A stretch of DNA of 45,957 nt from Chara braunii (lineage: Eukaryota > Plantae > Charophyceae), in the NCBI GenBank assembly GCA_003427395.1, contig BFEA01000004.1, positions 7,100,037 to 7,145,993 on the forward strand, read 5' to 3'. The position numbers and the translations under genes were made by a program. Under the pieces are notes generated by a model. The model did no database searches and was not told the origin of the DNA. It was given only the letters and a program-made list of their open reading frames with translations. How positions within the stretch are numbered: position 1 is the stretch's first letter; each line of letters starts with the position of its first letter. This document shows positions 36,156 to 45,957 of the stretch, in pieces.

Positions 36156-39100
36156 ATGCCTTCAATGATGATGAACGGGGCCGTCTAGACGTGGATAAAA
36201 TCCCGATGATTAGGATACATACCGTTCCCCACGAGCCATGGAATTTGCGAGGCGCGCGGTACCCTAATCCGGCTGATGAAGAAAAGGTAGTTAGCTACCT
36301 TGACGGAAAAATCCGCACACATATGTCCGACTACTCGAGCGGACCGTATGCATCCCCTTGGTTTTGTTTCGTCAAACCAAACGGGACCTTGAGGTGGGTA
36401 CAGGATTTGGAGCGCCTGAATGCTGTAACTATGAGAGATGCAGATAGTCTCCCTAACGCAGATGCGCTTTCAGAGGCATGCGCTGGGAGAGCCATCATAT
36501 CTCTCATAGACTTATATTCTGGTTACGACCAGTTTCCTGTTTACCCCTCTGATAGACCGATGACGACAATGCATACCCCTCGAGGGTTAATTCATATGAA
36601 CATCGCACCGCGAGGGTGGACAAATGCAGTCGCCATGGTCCAGAGGCACATGGTGAGGGCAATGTAGTCAGTAAGCCCTCACATTACTCAGCCTTACATT
36701 GATGATTTAGCCGTAAAAGGGCCTAAAGAGAAGAACGAGCAGGAGGTAATGTCACGGATTAGACGCTTTGTTTGGAACCATGTGCAAGACCTGTGCAGGG
36801 TCCTAGACCAGCTAAAGGAGCATAACCTCACTGCAAGTGGGTCTAAATCGAGACACTGCATGAGCGGGGCCACCATCTTGGGGTTTGTGTGTGACGAGAG
36901 GGGTCGTCCACCAGACACTAAGAAACCCAATAAGATTCTCGAATGGCCAACCCCATTCAAGACTATTATGGAGGTGAGAAATTCTCGAATGGCCAACCCC
37001 ATTCAAGACTATTATGGAGGTGAGAAGTTTCCTCGGGACATGTGGGTTCTGGAGGATCTTCATAAAAGGGTTTGCGGCAAAGACGGAACAACTTCGAAAG
37101 CTCGTGCGCCAAGGACAAGACTGGGAATGGGGAGATAAGCAGGAGTTGGTAATAAAGGGCCTAAGGAAGGAATTTGAATAAGGGGGTCTAGTACTGGGAG
37201 TACCAGACCACTCGACAGTAATGACACGACCTTTTATTGTAGAAACTGATGCAGGGTCAACTGCACTACGAGGTGTGTTGATTCGGCAAGACCTTAACGG
37301 AGAAGAGCGGCCACTAAGGTTTGAAAGTCCCACACTAAACATAACTGAGAGAAATTACTCTCAGTTTAAGCGCGAGACTTGGCGGTTCTCCATTGCTTAA
37401 GGATCTTTAGAAACTACCTCTTCGGCAGCAGGTTCGTGTTGAGGGTGGACCCAACTGCTCTAGCCAGTTCTCTCAAGAATTTTGCCCCATCAGACCCGAC
37501 TATCGCCAGGTGGTTAACATACATCTGGATGTTCGATTTTGAATTAGAGCGAATTCCAGGAAATAAGAATAGAGCAGACGGATTGAGTTGAGTCGACTGG
37601 GACAAAAAAAATCAAGGAGTGATCGAGGATACTCCGTCAGTCGACGGGTTTCTGGAAAGTGAGGAGGATGTGAGACTTCACATCAACTCCTGGTCGATGG
37701 TCGTGGGTAACTACGTTACTCCTGGACAACCTGTGTGGCTCGCGCCTCCAGGACATGTACGACGATCAGATCTAGTTCTTAAGCCCTACATTGAGGAAGA
37801 CTCATGGGGAATGCCAAACGTGCAGTGGATGATGAATCTGGTCGTAACAGACAAATACCAGTTGCACGAAGACCTACTCACGATGGAAAATGGGGCGCAA
37901 CAGGTGGAAGGGCACGAGAGGTCGATAGGTGGGATATACTTCTTGGCCAATGCTCTACTTCAAGACGAGGTGGCGCCGTTGTTGGGGATCTCGGCTGCCT
38001 ACCGGGGTCCATAGTGAACGAACCCAGGTTAACAGCAGGCTGATGATTCAGGCAAAACGACAACCCTTGATGAAGAAGTTTGATGATGATATGAGTATTG
38101 TGCTATCTTCGATGGCTTAACAAAATTTATTTTTGATTGCGAGTAAGGTTGAGAGTGTGCTTTGTGTGTATTCGTTCCAAATAATAGAGTCGGAAATACG
38201 ATATAAAGGCCGGATAGACTACCTTAGTTATTAAAAGTCTGTTCGATTGAATAATGGAACTAGAGAGTTTAGAGGTTTGACGGCAAGATGTTTGTCGAAA
38301 TTGTTTTTTTTGCAACAGGTTTTGAGAAAGGACAAAGATGCCGGACTCCGATGGAATCGAGCAGGGCCCGGGTGCTACACCGGAGGACTTCGTCAAGGCT
38401 TTGGAAAAGAGAGAGATGGCACGGCTTCAGGTGCCCAAGGTTAACATCTTCCAGTTCAATGGGGATAGGATGTTGAGTGGCTTGAGCTGTTGGAGCAGGT
38501 CACTTGCGAGGCATCAGAGGCAGACAAATTCAAGTTGACGCCTAGGTACGTATGGTGGGAGCTTAGACCTGAGGTAATGAAAGTAGCGGCCGACGCAAAT
38601 GGTGAGTAAGCAAGGTTTAAAGAAGAGATGCAGAGGCGTTTCAAGTTAGGGGACGTCCTGCTCACAAAAGAAGACGTGGAAATGTGGAGACGGGACGAGT
38701 TTTCCACGGTAGGGGCCTTTGCCACAGCATTTGAGAAGATGGCAAAGAAAGTCCCAGGGCTGGCAGAAGAAGAACAGTGTGCCACTTTCCTGGGGCACTT
38801 CAAGAATTGGGAAGCCTCGTCACTAACCAAGAAAACTGCGCCAGGAAAAAACCTTACTTGGGGTGCCATAAAAAAAGGCGTGCTAGAGGGAGAGTTGGAC
38901 CAGGTAGACATCTTCCAGATGAAACAGGCTAGGAAGAAAAGGAAGACTTCGGATACTATCGCTAGTGATAGGGGCAACTTCAAGCTAATGATAGAAGAGG
39001 CTGTGGCCCAGCACGATGCAGAAAAGGAGGCAAGAAAGAAGGCTATGGCGGCGCCACAAGCCCAAGGGAAAGGAAAGAAGGTGGCAGTGCTAGAGGAGGA

Positions 39101-40020
39101 GGAAGAAGAAGAAGATGAACCTGAACCACAAAAGTTGACAAAGGCTCAAAGGAAGGCAAGGAACACAACTCAAGGAGGGCAAGGCTCAGGAAAAGGTCAA
39201 GCCCCGCAGGCTGTGGCGATGCCACCCCTAGAGTCGTCCGGTCAAGCCGCACCAGCGCCCTATGGGTCATGGCCAGGTTGTGGACCTCCCAATCATTGGC
39301 ATGGGCATTGTTCATATGCACCATGGCCAACGGGCGGGCCGCATGAATCATGTGCTGGAGCGCCGATGGGTACTGCTTCCTGTGGACGGCCGGGACCCCA
39401 GTCTCAACAGGTGAGTCACTTGAACCCACCGCCAAGCCAACCTCAGCAGTCGGCCCCACAAGGATCACAAGGGAATCAAGGTGGTGGACGAGGACAAAAT
39501 CAAGGATGGGGCCGAGGGCGAGGAAATGGTGGTCGCGGGGGATATGGGAGAGGAAACGCGAATAGTAACTCCCAGAGAGGAGGAAGTGACAGGTGGAACG
39601 GTGCGGGGAATCAGAGTGACCAGCAAGGCGGTGGAGGATATGGAAGAGGAAGGATAAATTGGAGAAATGCCATCTGTTGGCATTGTGGCTAGAAGAGTCA
39701 CACAATTAAGTTATGTCAGGTCCGGAAGAGTGATGAAAAGGATGGCCTGATGAGTTCAAGCTATGATGGTGATTTTTTCGACATGTACGGTAAGTGCATA
39801 GACCCGAGAATCCCAGGGGGTATAAGGGAAGAAGCTCTGCGGCGTGCTAATGCCCCAGCTCCACCAGCCCCCCCGGCCGCTTTCCGTATGTGGTAGGAAG
39901 TAGAAGATCATCAGGGCGTGAGGATAGAGAAGATAAGCGAAAGTGAAGAGGTTGAGCAGAGATTGAAGGCCGGCACCATAAAGGAGGGTCCCCGTGCGGG
40001 ACCGATGCGCTCGACAGCGC
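36156..40020 (+). mobile_element. Inverted duplicate of 19987-23739 (RT-RNaseH-PBS-gagN-LTR stub)
   Basis: Collinear reverse-complement match from ATGCCTTCAATG to CGACAGCGC; PBS at 37971-37990 with two C>T changes; independent indels and stops. Confidence 0.95.
36935..37026 (+). repeat. Perfect 46-bp tandem duplication that frameshifts the RT copy
   Basis: ATTCTCGAATGGCCAACCCCATTCAAGACTATTATGGAGGTGAGAA twice. Confidence 0.95.
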
Positions 40021-43000
40021 GACTCGTCGTCGGTCGACTAGGACGCATCCTACTCACCACGCGTTACGTTATGCTTTAAAACATAAAATTAAAAATACAC
40101 TCAAACAAACATAAGAAAACACTCTTATTCCCTTCAGTATCCTACGCATAACCTTCCAATGCAGAAATCGGTTAAGCGACACGTGCGAGACTTAGTATAA
40201 AACTGCACGACGCAGGGTCTTCTCATGTCGACTAGCAATGCAAGCATACGTAAGCAGTCGCAATGACGACGTACCATGTAGTACTCATAATCACGCGGTC
40301 CTCGATAGGTTCGAGAGTCGCGTTCGACACCCAAGTGTCGGTTGACACGCACCTTGAGGGGTTAATCTCTCGACGCTAGACAACCGCAAAGGCGGTTGAG
40401 AATCCCAACTTCTTATGGGCCTTGCGGAGAGTGGGTGGTACACTGGTTCATACCTGTGCAGGTTCATACATGTGGTGTCAGTCGTCTCTCGAGGCTTTGG
40501 AAGCAAGTTCCATCATCCAGGGTCTGGAGAGAGATCAAGGGGTTTAAACTTTAACGGCTGCCACAAACTCCAACGTCCAGCTATATTAATTATAAAAAAC
40601 AGAAGGGTAAAAGAGAATCTCCCTAGACATAATTCGTTTAACCCTTACGCACTGTCACAGCAGGTCGCGTGGACACTCAAGACATATGTATATATATATA
40701 AATAAAGGAGGATAAATATGAGACGACCACTTCTTACAATCATAGTGAGACTCCTTTCAACCATATATGTATGTAATCGCCGACAGTCATATCATGAGTC
40801 CGAACCACAAACATATTTGCAATCACATCAAAGATTCAACCAAAGTCCATACACTACACGAGGTCAACTTCAACCATTCTCTACACTCACACCCCTCAAT
40901 TTAGCCATACAAACTCCAACCTTTGTCCAACCTTCCATAAATAAAGCACTCAATATCTTTGTTAAATGGTCATTCAATAAAGTCCGGTGAAAACCCAACA
41001 AAACAATTCAAACCACAGGGTTACGTTGGCGAGAGTGAATTGGAGTTGAATTGTAAACCGACGAATCGACAACCAACATATTATCAGTGATATCAGAAGA
41101 TGATCCCCATGGGATCAAGTTGAATCTAGTCCAATCCCGAATCGAATAAATCAAGAGGACCTGTAACATAAGACAGACCAATTCCCAAGGCTAAACTATT
41201 AATGTATGAGGAATGAATTTCAATAACACATTCTCACTCTAGATTCTCATGCTAACTAAGTCAAAGTCTACCACTAAACCATTGTCCAAAGAAAGGTAGA
41301 CCTTTGGCAGAATCTCACCTTTTGCAGGGTGGATTGTCATAATTGCTACTTGTCAAAATATAATCTAATTCCTTCAAACTAAGAAAATTTCGACAGTGTT
41401 TTCCGTAAGAAAAATGCCTTCTCATAATTTATACTTAGTTCGAGTATGAAAACGGAAATAATCTCTAACTCTTGGAAAATCAAAATTTGTCTATCTCTCT
41501 GAATTAGAAAAAAAATTGGCAGCATCTCCTTTAGAAAAGTAGACTTCCCAGATTTATACTAACTCGGATATGAACTCAAACATAACAATTGAGTTTTATC
41601 AAGACAAATATTAACTAACTTTTTAGTTTTGTAGAAATTCCGGCAGCGCTTCCCATAGGAGAAGTAATTTTCGAAAATTTATACAAAGCTAAGTTCAGAA
41701 TGTGAAATAATCTTCATTTTCCAAAGTTAAATTTTGTCTAACTCCTTGAATTAGCAAAAATTCGGGTAACACTTTCCCTATAAAAAAAAAATTCCAAATT
41801 TTTACCAAGTTAAATATATAACTTAGACAAAAAAGTTGAACTTTGAAAGTCAGATTGGACTAACTTCTTGGTTTTGTAGAAATTTCGACAGTGCTTCCCG
41901 TAGGAGAAATACCTTTGCAAGATTTATACAAAGCCAAGTATAACAAATGATCTTAGAAAACACTCTTTGTGAGGAAGTCAACAGGTGGAAAGGAGAGTTA
42001 CCATTAGTAATAACACAACCCCGTGCTTTATTTGAAGTGCAGGGAAGATGTAGTTGCACTCAAAGGAATTTTTGCGCATTCAACAACTGCGCACAGCATC
42101 ACGACATGATAGCTATGCACGACTCTACGCCCAGTAAGCCAGTAAAGGCACAATCCCCGACATAGGAACACACGATGTGCATAGGAACGCAACAGCGGTA
42201 CGCACAACATTTAGCGCAATCTCCTTGTTATGACAACCACTCATGCCTGCGGCGACAGACTGAAAACCCAAATGTAGTCTTGATTTCATAGCACTAGCTA
42301 CAGTTGCGAGGGTACTACGTAGCAACAGTCTTAATCTTCATAATTGTGCTCAGATACATTGCCAGCACAACTGCTCTCAGCAGAAGTGGTCCCGTAGCAC
42401 ATAACTAACAATTTGCCTCACGTGATGACAACGCCCCGACTGACAACTAACAACTAAACCTGCCATCGCGCAGCTGACCTCACTCCATCTGTTGACAATC
42501 GGTGGGCGAGCGACACATCGAACCTCAAGTAAGCCTCTAACCTTCGCGGCCCGCTCCTTGCTATGTCAATCGTTTGGCTGAGCGAAAATAAGAATGACTT
42601 TCCTGTTAGAACGCAGAAAGGTACACGCAGATATTGGACAGAGCCATCAACACGACGTAAGCCCGCCCGCTGCTATTCTGTTGCCTCCCCCTCTCTATAT
42701 TCTTCCTTCTTTTTCCGTTTATTTTACTCTCACCCCTTACTCATCTCCTCTCCGACCGACACCTGGTCACCCTCGACGGTAAAGAGGATGATCACTGCGC
42801 CGCCTCGTTCGTAATGGTCAGTCTCTCTCTTCCTCTTCTCGTCCCGACCCTTTCTCGATGTGCTTGGCCCGTAATAGCGGTTGGGCTTGTTCCGTTTCGC
42901 ACTCTACAAAGACGGGCATAACCATGCATTTTGTCGCCTCTGACTCCTCAACAGGCCTTCTTCTTAAACACAAGTCGACTTGATCAGGTAAGTATGACTT

Positions 43001-43867
43001 ATTTTCATCAATAAAATGAGCAAAATCGGAATGAGAAAATGCGGGTAGGTTCATTCTGTATTTATGCAACAACAGACTACTTCCCTGTGCGCAGCCTATA
43101 CTCACTGTAGCACAAAATCTACCACCCCTCTCCCAAATCGAACTTCGGCAACCCGATCGAAGCGTCCCAAAACCTCTGAAACGCCTCTTCGTTCGCCCGT
43201 TTCCATGAAGAAATGGTGAGCTAGTGATCTCTACTCCCACCATAACCACTCTCCCGACATCACCGCACACTCGTTTTCTCCTACACCAACCAACTTACTG
43301 ACCTACTGCCAAGTCTAACTCTGCTATCGTATTCGCCCGCCCTTCAAACCATATTTCGTCCGTCAATTTGTCGAAATTCGTCTGGAAACGCGCGGGACAT
43401 GCAATTTCCCAGCCGCTTCCTTCCTTGCTCGTTGTCATCTCCACGCCCGACTTTCCTTATCTCCACGCTCGACTTTCCTTACTAACCTCTAACCTACTAA
43501 CTCTCTAGTAAAACCAGCGTAATATTTCGTTCCATCCGACCGAAAACGCTCAAATGGCGACTTCCCCAGCCCATTTTCACTAAGTAGTCGGTCGAGCTCA
43601 TCATCTTTTTCGCTTCTCCCTACCTCCTCTCTCTCCCGCTATAGCTTATTCCTAGCCTCCAGCCCAACTTCGTAGTCTAGTGTTGTTCCGCTAACCTTGA
43701 TACGACATCGGTGTTGACCGATACAAATAGTAGAACACTAGTCGTAGAAACCGAAATGCGCTACGGAGTAAGTAACACTCTCCCGACGGCTCGATCAGTT
43801 CGAAAGTCGATAGTGCCGCGGTATATGACCCGCGCTCGACTGCCACAACGGTTCCGACACCTTCACA
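40021..43867 (-). mobile_element. LTR-like non-coding remnant
   Basis: Candidate start TGTGAAGGTGTC at 43867 resembles TGTGAGGTGTC at 33521; no credible ORFs. Confidence 0.3.
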
Positions 43868-43877
43868 AGGGGGGGGG

Positions 43878-45170
43878 TGGCACCGAGTAACAGGTAAGTC
43901 TCCAACTCCGCAGGCGGGCTCAGGTTACCCTATCAATCGGATGTGCAAAATCAAGGTGAATCTTCCTACTGAAAATAGGAGGATTCACCCGCCAATAGCT
44001 AAGTTCCCTTCACCACGTCCGTGCTCACGTTACCTCCGCCGGTAGGACGGTCAGCCCATCTGTCATTGGGTAACCTTTGTGCTCGTGGCCGCCTCAATGG
44101 TCCAACTATTAGAGGGAAGTTTCGGATGGAACGAGCAGCCTAGACAGTTCGAGCCATTATGCCCCTACACCCAAAGTCCAAAGCACGTATTGTACGTTAG
44201 TGCCGCTGCGGGCGTCCACTCCCTGCCCCTCCCTCAGGCCTCACCCTGCTTAGGGCATACTCACACTCAACTTATCACAACATGCCGTTGTGGGCGAGCA
44301 ACGAGCTTTGCTGCAAAAAGCTCCTGCAACCCATGTCCTATTCCTCCTTGTGGATCAAACTGCCCACTGGTTTGGATGTGCGTTGACTATTGCCGTCCCG
44401 GTGCCGCGCTCGACAACAAACGGTAGTATCCGAGGGTAAAGGTAATACTAATATTAATAACTATAATAAGGATAAAACAATGCTCACAAAAGATACGAAT
44501 AACGCCATAAGGCACAAAAAAAGTTTCGATCCCTGCAACAACAAAAACCTTAGGGATAACCTCGCGGGCCCTCAACCCCATAGTTCCTTCGTGCTGTTCC
44601 GACGCTCTTACTCCGCCACTCGTTGGTTTCGATTCCTGAATCGACTTGTTAACAGTCCAATACCGTAACCAACAGTGCTAGGCCCAAGGCTGACCCTAAT
44701 ACCAGCGGACACCTATATAAGCGGGTATTGCGCGACGCGCGGACCTACTGAAACGTGGACCTACAAAAACATTTCCAAAAATTGTATTGTTGCCGATGCC
44801 GCTCTCCGTACGAGCGCACATGCCACGGTAAAGCGTACCAATCAAAGAAAATATATCATTTTAACCCTTAGTTTAATTAGAAAAATAAAAAACTTGGTCG
44901 ACAACCACGCCAGTTTGACAATCATCAATAAGAAGAGAGATCACGCGCGCCTTAAATCTGCACGACCACACACTCTCTACTCCAGTGAACCATTCAGTCA
45001 ACGTAAACAACAAACACAACCGCGACTCGCGCGGTGAGCGGATACCCTTGTAAGGGTATTCGCGCCGACACCGCGCCAGTAGCCCTGGTCCGCAGGGTGC
45101 CCCAAAATGGAGCAAGGCCAATCGGTCGTTGATAGATTCAATCCCTGCACCCATAGCATGACGAACTCTT
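43878..45170. mobile_element. Diverged relative of the 30300-32600 LTR-like sequence
   Basis: Shared, collinear motifs: GGCAT.CTC.CA, CGGGCCCTCAACCCC and TACCCTTGTAAGGGTA. Confidence 0.5.
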
Positions 45171-45214
45171 GTAGAATACCAGAGTGGCCCGATGGCACTT
45201 ACCCTGTCGGGCCA

Positions 45215-45335
45215 ATATATATATATATATATATCGTCACAAACAGAACTGCCCGGTAAAACCGTAGGCAGAGAGAGAGAAGAGGACAACAAACGAGGGG
45301 CTGTAACAAACTGTTTCGTCGGAGTTTCACCGACT

Positions 45336-45371
<36 letters not shown>
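45215..45371 (-). mobile_element. (TA)n-flanked mini-element beginning with a hammerhead-like core
   Basis: Reverse complement reads (TA)n-TGATGA-GTCGG(TGAAACT)CCGAC-GAAA-CAGTTTGTT-ACAGCC...GTGACG-(AT)n. Confidence 0.65.
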
Positions 45372-45373
<2 letters not shown>

Positions 45374-45957
45374 GGGTCACCAGCCCGTACGTACAGGCGT
45401 TAGGGGTCCCGTACGGGGTCCAAACTTGACAGCGTTCGGCCCCCGCCAAAAATTATTTCGGGGCCTAAAAATAACTCTTTTTTCTGAATTTTGTTTTGTG
45501 AGTTCTCTATGACATGAGGTACACGCCTATAAAGTTTCAAGTCATTTGGCTCAACCAAATCAGAATAAAAAATCGCCAAAGATGGCGGTCTCAAAACGTG
45601 CTCACCCACGTTTTTTTCCACCTTTTTCTTTTTGTTTTCACTTTAGTTCAGGTTCTAAACAATTTTATTATTTTTTGAAACTTTCTTAGTGGGTTTTGCA
45701 TTATGTGAAGTACACATCTGTAAATTTTCAGGGCATTTAGCTATGCCAAAAAAACATGAAAAATCGCCAAAGATGGCGGTGTCGAAAACGTGCTCGCGCA
45801 CTGAGTCTCGCTAAATTTAAATTCTTTTTTATTTTTTGTTATTTTTATTATTAGAATTTGTTTTTCATATTTTATTTTTATTTCAAATTTGGTAAGGAAT
45901 TTGGATGCAATGCTCAAGAAAATCTTGTTTAATTTATTTTTCTTCATAACATATATT
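45372..45957 (-). mobile_element. hAT-type MITE related to 12517-13345, inverted and truncated by the window edge
   Basis: Terminus TAGGGTCACCAG; body matches the reverse complement of ~12660-13290. Confidence 0.85.

Noticed and set aside
19987-40020. Giant terminal inverted repeats of a DNA transposon or DIRS element
   Set aside because: The arms are internal gypsy coding sequence, no transposase or tyrosine recombinase is present, and no TSD is seen at the outer ends.
45300-45308. LTR start TGTTACA on the minus strand
   Set aside because: It is internal to the TA-flanked mini-element, as shown by the sister copy at 4.1 kb.

Overview
Eukaryotic, transposon-dense DNA with three assembly gaps (8029-8723, 19017-19121, 31884-32258). 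The host is almost certainly a green plant or streptophyte alga: the U6 3' end and the tRNA-Asp PBS are plant-type, and the Gag/Pol motifs resemble Chara-type Ty3/gypsy proteins as I recall them (not verified by search). Contents: a decayed or low-complexity host exon (0.2-2.7 kb); a degenerate L1-like LINE (11.1-17.7 kb) carrying two hAT-type MITEs with 8-bp TSDs and an antisense A-tailed insert; several tRNA-derived SINE-like units; a polyadenylated U6 fragment; hammerhead-ribozyme-like motifs, one in a (TA)n-flanked mini-element; and a non-chromoviral Ty3/gypsy element (19.56-40.02 kb). The most striking feature is that this gypsy element is scrambled. All blocks lie on the minus strand but in reversed block order (INT-ORF3N / gagC-PR-RT-RH / PBS-gagN / LTR end), and each block ends exactly where the neighbouring native block begins, with 5-8 nt overlaps. 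An adjacent 3.8-kb inverted copy repeats two of the abnormal junctions. The element also appears to carry a second Gag-like gene at the env position and a candidate +1 'shifty stop' (UUU UAG) gag-pol frameshift.
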